A program made the position numbers and the translations under genes. From contig JBMFLH010000003.1 of assembly GCA_049971295.1 (NCBI GenBank), positions 4,362 to 60,481 on the forward strand: 56,120 nucleotides of DNA, read 5' to 3'. The stretch's first letter is position 1; each line of letters starts with the position of its first letter. Below the pieces are notes generated by a model, which had not been told where the DNA came from, made no database searches, and was given only the letters and a program-made list of their open reading frames with translations. Origin of the DNA: Candidatus Ratteibacteria bacterium (GTDB taxonomy: Bacteria; Ratteibacteria; UBA8468; B48-G9; DTJG01). Positions 1 to 7,992 of this stretch are shown here, piece after piece.

Positions 1-55
1 TGGTACTCACGCTGAAGATATATTGTCCTCTGTTGGCAAAGCATTAAAATCTGCC

Positions 56-66
56 TGTGATATAAT
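56..66 (+). promoter_or_regulatory. putative extended -10 promoter element (TGTGATATAAT) upstream of the HEPN gene
   Basis: TGn+TATAAT ends 12 nt before the ATG at 79. The identical 11-mer recurs at 27179-27189. No convincing -35 box or Shine-Dalgarno lies between it and the ATG, so the leader would be very short. Confidence 0.35.
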
Positions 67-78
67 TTAATTGAATTT

Positions 79-456
79 ATGAAGGAAAGAGCAAAAGAGT
101 TCTGGGAAAGAGGTTTTGAGGATTTAGACAAAAAAAGATTAAATCTCTCGGCTTTTGATTTTGAGCAGGCAATTCAGATGTGGATCACATATCTCATCGG
201 GAAAAAAGTGGGAGATTGGCCCAAGACGCATTACTTTTCCATCCTTATCAAGGAACTGGCTAATTCTTATGACAATGAGGAAATCACAAAATTTTATAAT
301 GAAAATGAAATTTTCTTCAGCGACCTTGAAGATGCCTATTTCACATCAAGATATTTACCAAAACAATTCAGTGAAAATCACATTAAAAATATTGTGAAAA
401 ATTGTGAAAAATTTTTACACCTTTTAGAGAAAGCAATCGGTGAGAAATTCGCATGA
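79..456 (+). CDS. HEPN domain protein (PF05168-like), partner of the downstream MNT gene
   Basis: 125-aa ORF. The C-terminal LEDAYFTSRYLP matches the L..xY..xRYP signature I recall for HEPN proteins paired with minimal nucleotidyltransferases. Its TGA stop overlaps the ATG of the next gene (ATGA at 453-456). Confidence 0.7.
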   Translation: MKERAKEFWERGFEDLDKKRLNLSAFDFEQAIQMWITYLIGKKVGDWPKTHYFSILIKELANSYDNEEITKFYNENEIFFSDLEDAYFTSRYLPKQFSENHIKNIVKNCEKFLHLLEKAIGEKFA

Positions 457-763
457 ACAAAAGTCACATCCAGATTTTAAAAGAAATAAAGGACGAAAGG
501 AAACAATTCTTTGAAAATTACTTATATTATTTTTCTAAAATTAAAAAAGAGGCAAAAAAATTCTAAGGGATGTGGAGGTGATTGTTTTTGGTTCAGTCGT
601 AAGAGGCAGCTGGCACCCGTTGAACAGTGATATTGATATTTTGCTCATATCAGAAAATATGCCAGAAACATGGGAAAAAAGAAGGATTATAAGAAATAAA
701 ATTACAAGTTTCCTGCCATCTCTACATCCATTCCAGCTCCACCTTGTGACAAAAAAAGTATGA
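453..763 (+). pseudogene. minimal nucleotidyltransferase (MNT) gene interrupted by a -1 frameshift in an A7 run
   Basis: The frame from ATG 453 reads MNKSHIQILKEIKDERKQFFENYLYYFSKIKKEAKK, then stops at TAA 564-566. The -1 frame continues ILRDVEVIVFGSVVRGSWHPLNSDIDILLIS... (GSxxRG...DxD nucleotidyltransferase core) to 763. The junction is the A7 run at 554-560. Confidence 0.7.
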
Positions 764-807
764 AAATTTCTACAAAAAATCCATAAAAAAGATACTTTTA
801 AATCTAT

Positions 808-2691
808 TTAGCCCGTTTTCTCCTTTCTCTCCCCTCTTTCTTTTGTTCCAAAAAATTCAAACAACATCTGAATAAACCTTCCATTTGCGCTTGCATTTGG
901 CTGCCATGGACAAAAAGTCGGGTCATTGTCAGCAAATCTTTCGAGCATGTAATAGTGTTCACTCATTCCGTATCTTACCTGTGCCCACATAGTTTCAAAT
1001 GCCTTGTCTCTTTCCCCCCTTTTCAGCCATCCCTCAAACCAGCAAAAATCAGAAAAAGACACATACCAGGTATGTCCAGCCCACGGGTCAGAAGCATAAT
1101 GACCTATAAGTCCATCTGTCATCAGCCCTGTGAGACCATTTTTCATCCAGTGCCTGTTTCTGAAATATTTTTCAACCTTTTCAAAAATTTCACTTTCTGG
1201 CTCGATGATGCCTGCTCTAATTAACATTGCTGGTCCATCAGCAAAATATGGACCAACAGGCGGATATTTTTCCGGAATGCCAAGATAGTTCGGGATAAAA
1301 ATTTCTTCCCTGTTTGTCTGTTGCTGGACAATATCATCTAAGATTTTTTTCATACAGATTCTATAATCCTCTGCCTGTTTTTTAATTTCGTCAGCAGCTG
1401 AATCATTAAACAATGAAAATGCTTTTGCCATTTCACTGATTCCCATCACATTTATTGCGTCAGTAAAACACCAGGATTGAACAGTCAATCCCCAATCATG
1501 AGGTCTTCCTGCAGGAAAAAGACCATTTTCACTTTTCTTTCGCGTCTGGGTGATCCAGTTGAAACCATCAATCATTGCCTGACGGAATTCATTAAAACAA
1601 TTTCTGTCTTTGTGCATCAAAAGATGTCTTGAAAGCCCGTATAAAACTCCGCCTGTGATATTTTCCCATTGAGCAGAAAGATACGAATTAAATCTTCCTT
1701 TATTTTCTCCATCTTTTTCCTGATGTTTTAAGAAAAAACTGTATCCTTTTTCTGACCATTCAAATAGTCCCAGCATATCAAATGCAATAAGAAACTCCAT
1801 TGCTTCAACTGGCCAGACACCTGCCCATCTTCCTCCCTGACGCGGTCTTGCTGCCACGCCATCATCTTTTACAAACATCTGCAAACACTGGCATATCATT
1901 GACCATAGTATCGGTCTTAACCAGTCCTGATTTTTGATATCAGGGATGAATTGCACTTTTTTCAGTTCTGCTTCCCATTGTGAAACAACCTGTCTTCTTT
2001 GAAAACTATGTTCAGAAGAAGATGGTTCAATATTCTCAGAATTTTCAGACATCACAAAGTAATAGGATACTGTTTCAAATGGCTCAAGATGTTGATTGAA
2101 TTGAAGATAGTTTTTTGCAAAGATATTATGGGGATTTATTGCAATCCATTCTACATTGGCTCTTTCTTGATTAAAAAAAATCGTTTGTTTTTTGTTTGTG
2201 ATGGAATTACCATGAAGATAAAAATTGTTTTCAACCATATCCCAGTGTTCAAGAAGTCCATTGTAACTTGCGTAAAAGTCACCTGTAATGCCGTAAAGAA
2301 GCCCATCTTCCCCATTGCGCGGCATTATACCAACAATTAACTCTTTTCTTGTTCCAGAATTATTGGTAATCGTTAATCTGACAGATGTTTCCGGTATTTC
2401 TTTCCAGCTGGCGAATACCTCCACCAGATATTCCATTTCATCAATTTTGATTTTTAAACAATGCACTGGAATTCCATCACTTCTCACAATAAATTCTGCA
2501 TCATTCCAGTTTGGCGCCTTCGCGCAACTTCCAAAAAGAAACCTCATACCAAAAGAATCAAAAAACATGGAGTCCTTTTTCGGATCTGTGTGCGCAGAAA
2601 CAATCTTAAAATCTGGCCATATGGTGATAAGCCGGAGTGCTTCTGGTGGATGAAGATATAGTTTAATGGTCTTTGGTCTTTCCCATGACAT
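808..2691 (-). CDS. conserved hypothetical protein, probably an (alpha/alpha)6 six-hairpin glycosidase-like enzyme
   Basis: 627-aa ORF that is last in a tightly packed minus-strand operon. Its start overlaps the upstream stop by 29 nt. The C-terminal half is rich in W/F/Y and looks helical-repeat-like. Family not recognised with certainty. Confidence 0.4.
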   Translation of the reverse strand: MSWERPKTIKLYLHPPEALRLITIWPDFKIVSAHTDPKKDSMFFDSFGMRFLFGSCAKAPNWNDAEFIVRSDGIPVHCLKIKIDEMEYLVEVFASWKEIPETSVRLTITNNSGTRKELIVGIMPRNGEDGLLYGITGDFYASYNGLLEHWDMVENNFYLHGNSITNKKQTIFFNQERANVEWIAINPHNIFAKNYLQFNQHLEPFETVSYYFVMSENSENIEPSSSEHSFQRRQVVSQWEAELKKVQFIPDIKNQDWLRPILWSMICQCLQMFVKDDGVAARPRQGGRWAGVWPVEAMEFLIAFDMLGLFEWSEKGYSFFLKHQEKDGENKGRFNSYLSAQWENITGGVLYGLSRHLLMHKDRNCFNEFRQAMIDGFNWITQTRKKSENGLFPAGRPHDWGLTVQSWCFTDAINVMGISEMAKAFSLFNDSAADEIKKQAEDYRICMKKILDDIVQQQTNREEIFIPNYLGIPEKYPPVGPYFADGPAMLIRAGIIEPESEIFEKVEKYFRNRHWMKNGLTGLMTDGLIGHYASDPWAGHTWYVSFSDFCWFEGWLKRGERDKAFETMWAQVRYGMSEHYYMLERFADNDPTFCPWQPNASANGRFIQMLFEFFGTKERGERKEKTG

Positions 2692-5600
2692 GTAATTTTC
2701 CTTTCAGAATTTTGACAGGCTCAAGAATACCGGATGCTTTTATCTTTCCTTCGAGCATATTGTAAATTGAATTTGTCACTTTGATTGAAATTTGATTTTC
2801 TCCATTTTTGATAGCGTCTGTAATTTCAAGTTCTTTTGGGTTCCATAGTACCTGCCCAGATATCTTACCATTGATTTCAATTTCAGCGATGTCAAATAGT
2901 TTCTCAAAGGAAATGAAATAACGTGCTTTCTGCTCAATTTCAGGGATGTGGAAGACGGTTTTGTAAATGGCACTTCCAGAATAAAAAGGATATCCAATAT
3001 CTGTCCAGCTTATGCTCGAGATATTTTCGGGATACCTGTTTGCCTTGATTTCAGCACCCATTCCAGAGTCTCCTGTTTTCAAAACGACAAAGTCACCAAA
3101 AATTCTGAGTGGTTCAATCAATCCATCCTCTTCTGTTTCAACATCAACAAAGACAGAAATCGTTCTCACATGTGGAGTATAAAAGGACTTATTCTTTTTG
3201 AAGTACTCTGTAATGTCTGCTGATAGATTCATTGCATCATATTTTCTGATTTTTTTGATTTTTTCTTTGGGTAATTCATATGTGTCAATAAATATCCTGT
3301 AATTTCCTTTCATGGCTGATTGTTCCCAGACAAGTTCCATTTTTTCTGGCTCTCCATAACAGAAAAAGTTGATTTTATAGCACAGTGTGGATGGCCATTT
3401 AATATCTGCCTCTCCAAGCCAACGCACATCTGGTTTTGAAAAACCCCTGATTTTACCAGCAGGCATTGGTGGAACAACAGGATGGTTGATTTCTTTATAG
3501 TTTTCACCAGTAAAAAATTTTTCAACTGATTTCATTTCCACATTCCATAGTCCTAAATACAACACGTTGTCATCGCATATTTGAAAATCCCATTTATCAA
3601 GTTTGCATACCAGTTCTTTTCCTACATCACCAGTGTAAGGCATATTGCTGGTTTTTTTGCCGCTTATGAGAAAGATTGATTGAGCGGGCTCAAGGGTAAA
3701 ATTGCAGCAACCATTATTTTCTGCAATGGAATACACTGAAGCTGTTGTTGGATCCCATATTTCCTTATCCTTCCCATCCTGAAGTCTTACAGAAATACGT
3801 GCCTTATCTTCTCCAATGTTGGCGAAAAAGTATATTGAGGATTGTTTCCCTTTTCTCACAGACACAAATACTTCTTCGCCGCCTTCAATTTTTACAATTG
3901 GTTCAACAAATTTTTCTGCCTGTTTTTTTATCTCTTCTGCAATTTTCTTTCTTTCGTCTTCAGTAAGATTTGCAACATTATAAGGAATTTTGCACTCAAT
4001 CGCATTCTTTATTCCTTGAAATTTTTTACCAAGGAAAAGAATTTTCCCGCCTTTTTCTGAAAATTCCCTGGCCCTGTTTACCAGTTCTTCTGGTTCATCA
4101 ATTACAGGAGGAATAATTAGACAGCGATACTTCATTTTACCTATTTGAAAAGCACTGTTTTCAATCTTTGCATGGATAAAATCAATATCATCAACAAAAT
4201 CAAACTGTCTGCTACTATGCACGAAAACATTGTTGATAAAGACAAAGGTATCACTCAACTCTTTTGCCTTTTCTCTGCAGGCAGGAAGTAATTGCCACAG
4301 AGAGCTTGTTGGATATAAAAGGGCAAACTCAACCGGATAATCAAACCTTGTCAGCATATAACAAACTCTTCCAATGTATTTGCTGAACTGCTCATAATAC
4401 TGCCAGTATGTGGTTTGATAAAATTGAGACGGATTCGCTTCCTTTTTTCTATGGCCATCTATTGAATAATAAAAACCATGCGGATTAATGAAATTTACTC
4501 CCAGCGCCATCATATAGTCAGCAATTTTTTTCATTTTTTCAAGAGTGAAGTCCCACTCTTCAAGGGCAAAACACTCTGAAAGAATACGCTCCCTACCCAT
4601 CTGTCTTGCCACAGAACTGATGAGTTTTGGACCAACGTTAACAATAGGGAATTCATTTGTTCCCAATCTTGAAGTGATAATGTCTGTACCTGGCATCTGA
4701 AACGCCTTTGCATGTTGCATTAAATCACCGAGATAAATAACTCCAAGGTCTGGTTCTTCTTCAGGACTCACATGGCCTGTAAATGAGATGTGATTTTTTT
4801 CACACCAGTTTGAAATGTTATCAAAAAATGCCTGCTTCAACATTTTTGTAAGAACATCCCAGTAATCAAATCTGATTTTTTTTGCCTTTTTAGTTTCGCC
4901 TTCAAAAAGGAGATAAAGGAACGGAACTATGTCATATCCCTTTGCTCTTCTGAAAAATTCAGGAAATTTGTTGGACCATGGCAGCCACCCTATCCACTTT
5001 GGCTCATCTGTAAAAATTCCAGGCACTGTATTGCCAAAATATTTGCCAAGATCTTTTTTATAAATCTGGTGGGTCTTGTTAATGAAATCATCAACCGCAT
5101 CATTATTCAGAAGATCAACATAGCCACCCCATGGGCCCCAGTAACTTTTCTCAAATGTTTCAACAAATGCAATGATTTTCCAATTTCCTTCAGGAACATT
5201 CCACGAAAGACGATTCTTGATTCCAGTAGCATCAGACCTCCAGTGCGGAAAAGTATCGGCTCTCATTGAGCCATAATAAGTATTGTATCTTCTGATGTGC
5301 CCCCATTTGTCCCTTATTGGGCCGATGTGTTCAGTAAGATCAATGGCCTGTTCAATGTCAGGGGAATCCTGCCGATCAAGTTGAATAGCAAATGCCGCAA
5401 TGACATGGCCAATGGGCATATCCAGGTTAAATTCCTTTTTACCGCCTGTCGTTGCTATCACTGGAATCAATGTTCTTGACATAAATTCAGGATGTTGATA
5501 AAAAACCTTTCCACCGGCAGCACCACTGGGATACGGGTCTTCATCGTAAAGCCATGCTTCTATGCCAAGAGTTGCTGCTTGTTCCACCATCAATTTTATT

Positions 5601-5806
5601 TTTTCCCTGAACTTCACTGACATATAAGGAGTCAGCAGTCCTGGTCTTGGATGCATGAAAAATCCACGGAGTCCTTTTTCCTTTATTTGCTTGATCTGCC
5701 AAACCAGTTCATCATCGTCAAGTTCGTGATTCAAAAACAAAAATGGCACAGGCCTATATTCAACGGGGGATTGCTTGAAAACATCAAAAGAAATGTCATT
5801 TTCCAT
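2663..5806 (-). CDS. large glycoside hydrolase-like protein (GH106-like N-terminal TIM barrel plus C-terminal galactose-binding-like jelly roll)
   Basis: 1047-aa ORF. The N-terminal EYRPVPFLFLNHELDDDELVWQIKQIKEKGLRGFFMHPRPGL resembles the YRxxPFWxWN...GxGGFFxHxRxGL opening I recall for GH106-type proteins. The C-terminal FEKLFDIAEIEINGKISGQ...LEITDAIKNGENQISIKVTN resembles a GH2-type sugar-binding domain. Confidence 0.45.
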   Translation of the reverse strand: MENDISFDVFKQSPVEYRPVPFLFLNHELDDDELVWQIKQIKEKGLRGFFMHPRPGLLTPYMSVKFREKIKLMVEQAATLGIEAWLYDEDPYPSGAAGGKVFYQHPEFMSRTLIPVIATTGGKKEFNLDMPIGHVIAAFAIQLDRQDSPDIEQAIDLTEHIGPIRDKWGHIRRYNTYYGSMRADTFPHWRSDATGIKNRLSWNVPEGNWKIIAFVETFEKSYWGPWGGYVDLLNNDAVDDFINKTHQIYKKDLGKYFGNTVPGIFTDEPKWIGWLPWSNKFPEFFRRAKGYDIVPFLYLLFEGETKKAKKIRFDYWDVLTKMLKQAFFDNISNWCEKNHISFTGHVSPEEEPDLGVIYLGDLMQHAKAFQMPGTDIITSRLGTNEFPIVNVGPKLISSVARQMGRERILSECFALEEWDFTLEKMKKIADYMMALGVNFINPHGFYYSIDGHRKKEANPSQFYQTTYWQYYEQFSKYIGRVCYMLTRFDYPVEFALLYPTSSLWQLLPACREKAKELSDTFVFINNVFVHSSRQFDFVDDIDFIHAKIENSAFQIGKMKYRCLIIPPVIDEPEELVNRAREFSEKGGKILFLGKKFQGIKNAIECKIPYNVANLTEDERKKIAEEIKKQAEKFVEPIVKIEGGEEVFVSVRKGKQSSIYFFANIGEDKARISVRLQDGKDKEIWDPTTASVYSIAENNGCCNFTLEPAQSIFLISGKKTSNMPYTGDVGKELVCKLDKWDFQICDDNVLYLGLWNVEMKSVEKFFTGENYKEINHPVVPPMPAGKIRGFSKPDVRWLGEADIKWPSTLCYKINFFCYGEPEKMELVWEQSAMKGNYRIFIDTYELPKEKIKKIRKYDAMNLSADITEYFKKNKSFYTPHVRTISVFVDVETEEDGLIEPLRIFGDFVVLKTGDSGMGAEIKANRYPENISSISWTDIGYPFYSGSAIYKTVFHIPEIEQKARYFISFEKLFDIAEIEINGKISGQVLWNPKELEITDAIKNGENQISIKVTNSIYNMLEGKIKASGILEPVKILKGKLHVMGKTKDH

Positions 5807-5809
5807 GTT

Positions 5810-6778
5810 TCACCTTCTGATAAGGGTTGAATATTGTTCTGATAAATTATCGATTTTTTCTTTCACACTGGTAGAAATTTCAAATGTACAATTGCTCATG
5901 ATTTCCTTAATCTGAGATGGTTTTCTTGCCCCAACAATTGCGCCTGTAACAACAGGGTGCGCAAGAACCCATGCAATAGCCAGCTGGCCCGTTGTCATAT
6001 TACAATGGTCTGCAATTTTCTTGAACTGGTCGTAAAATTCACTGTAAATCTTGTGATTTGTGCTCAATTCTGGTAGCTTTCTCCTCCAGTCGTCAACAGA
6101 CATCTTTGAAATTCTTTGTTCGTCAAACTTCTCAGCAAGAAGTCCATAGTACATAGGACTATAACAGATCACTCCCACATTGTTTTCCTTGCACCAGGGA
6201 AGTATTTCCTTTTCAATCTCTCTTCTGAAAATGCAGTATGGTGGCTGAAGTGAGGCAGGGATTCTTATTTTTTTGATCCTTTCAAGTTGTTCCACATTAA
6301 AGTTTGAAACTCCAATGGCTCTGATTTTTCCTTCGTCAACAAGTTTGCACATCTCTGTCCAGGCAGATTCAACTTCTGTGTCAGGCCTTGGCCAGTGTAT
6401 CTGCATCAAATCAATTCTATCAACCCCAAGCCGCTTCATGCTTTGAAGTGTCTCCTGCCTTACACTTTTTCCTGACAATCCATCTCCAAGAACACCCTTT
6501 TCATCCCAGCTTTTTCCAAGTTTTGTAAAGATGAATACACGATTTCTGAAATCTTTCGTTGCAATACCGACAATTTTTTCAGAGTGACCCAGCCCATAGG
6601 CAGGCGCGGTATCAACCCAGTTAATTTTAAGGTCTATCGCAGTTTTAATGGTTTCTATGGAATCTTTGTCATCCTGAGAACCCCAGGAATAATTGTACCC
6701 AGTGCCGCCAATTGCCCATGTACCAAGTCCAATAATTGTAATTTCCATATCAGAACTGCCAAGCTTTCTCTTTTTCAT
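5810..6778 (-). CDS. aldo/keto reductase
   Basis: 322 aa with GLGTWAIGG, DTAPAYGLGHSEKIVG and IGVSNF motifs typical of the AKR family. ATGA overlap with the upstream gene. Confidence 0.9.
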   Translation of the reverse strand: MKKRKLGSSDMEITIIGLGTWAIGGTGYNYSWGSQDDKDSIETIKTAIDLKINWVDTAPAYGLGHSEKIVGIATKDFRNRVFIFTKLGKSWDEKGVLGDGLSGKSVRQETLQSMKRLGVDRIDLMQIHWPRPDTEVESAWTEMCKLVDEGKIRAIGVSNFNVEQLERIKKIRIPASLQPPYCIFRREIEKEILPWCKENNVGVICYSPMYYGLLAEKFDEQRISKMSVDDWRRKLPELSTNHKIYSEFYDQFKKIADHCNMTTGQLAIAWVLAHPVVTGAIVGARKPSQIKEIMSNCTFEISTSVKEKIDNLSEQYSTLIRR

Positions 6779-7992
6779 ATCCCACCTCCATCTTCAAGCC
6801 GTGTCCCTTTTATCCATTCTGGTTTGATTTCAACACCTTCCCCTAAAATAAGAAATGGTTTTGTTTCATAAATAGGCCTGTTTCCTTCTTTCCTCCACCA
6901 TAAAGTTCTTCTTGTTGGACCGAACAAAACAGAACTGCTGCTGACAAGTGTCCAGTTGGCATCCCAGTCAAGCCGATGTCCTTTTTCTCCAGCAAGGCAG
7001 ATACGATCTGGAAAAGGTACTGCATGGTCAAGCATAATGTTTGCGAGTCCTTGAAGTGTTGGTATGCCTGATGCTTCTTTCTCCACAAGTTCCAGGAGTC
7101 GTCTGTATCGTTTTTCACAGCCAGCCCAGAATACATAATCAGGATTATCAACAGGGTCAAAACCCCTCAATTCAAAAGAAATTCTGTCTCTCTCTTTCTT
7201 GAATGCATTCATCTCTGGCGTAAGATAGGCGCATGCAGTCACTGCAGAGGCACCATTTTTCTGCCATCTTACGCCCATCCTGCAATTTGATTTCTCTATT
7301 GCAACCGAGTTCATTTCAGGGTCCGCAAATACCATGTTCCCTGGTCCAAAAAACTCCCTGTATCTATAAAGAAAGCCAACAAAATCAGGAAGTTTTTTGA
7401 TGTCTTCAGGCATAATTTCAAAAACATCAACAGGAAAAATGTTTTCTGGTTCTTCATCACACAATACAGCAGAAGAAGCGCTTCCAACAAGCGTAATTTT
7501 CTCAAAGGGTTTTCCTGATGGTCCTTTTTCTGGCGGATTAAATTTTTGAAAAGGTCTGATAAGGTCATCAAGATTCTGTCCTGCCATAGGACCTTCCTGT
7601 CCATGACCAAACCAGACTCCTGTGCATTTTCCTTTTGGTGCGGCTTTTTTCACATATCTTGTATTCAATCGTCTGCTGACAAACCAGTACCAGTTAAAAT
7701 GATGAGCTGTCATCCATTCATCTTTACACCCATCAAAAAATCCCCTGTGCTCTGCCCTGACAATGTCCATCCATTCTTTACATTCAGGGAATTTTGTTAA
7801 ATCCAGGGAAGCATTTAACCTTTCTTTTTCAAGTTTCAAAATCTCATATTTGTAATCAAGTTCTGCAGATGCAGGATAACTTTTTTTTGCCCAGTCCATC
7901 ACACTTTCTGCCATCAAGCGCCATTGCGGATCTTTTGCTGCTGCCTCACCTGCTTTTCTTCCTCTGATGTATGCCTGCTCAACAGTAATCAT
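6775..7992 (-). CDS. hypothetical protein, possibly an Ntn-hydrolase of the C45 (acyltransferase/peptidase) type
   Basis: I place the start at ATG 7992 (MITVEQAY). It is preceded by GGAGG and forms an ATGA overlap with the upstream stop, which I prefer to the track start at 8016. KGKCTGVWFGHGQEGPMAGQNLDD resembles the Gly-Cys autoprocessing/nucleophile region followed by N.D in C45 proteins. The match is weak. Confidence 0.35.
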   Translation of the reverse strand: MITVEQAYIRGRKAGEAAAKDPQWRLMAESVMDWAKKSYPASAELDYKYEILKLEKERLNASLDLTKFPECKEWMDIVRAEHRGFFDGCKDEWMTAHHFNWYWFVSRRLNTRYVKKAAPKGKCTGVWFGHGQEGPMAGQNLDDLIRPFQKFNPPEKGPSGKPFEKITLVGSASSAVLCDEEPENIFPVDVFEIMPEDIKKLPDFVGFLYRYREFFGPGNMVFADPEMNSVAIEKSNCRMGVRWQKNGASAVTACAYLTPEMNAFKKERDRISFELRGFDPVDNPDYVFWAGCEKRYRRLLELVEKEASGIPTLQGLANIMLDHAVPFPDRICLAGEKGHRLDWDANWTLVSSSSVLFGPTRRTLWWRKEGNRPIYETKPFLILGEGVEIKPEWIKGTRLEDGGGI

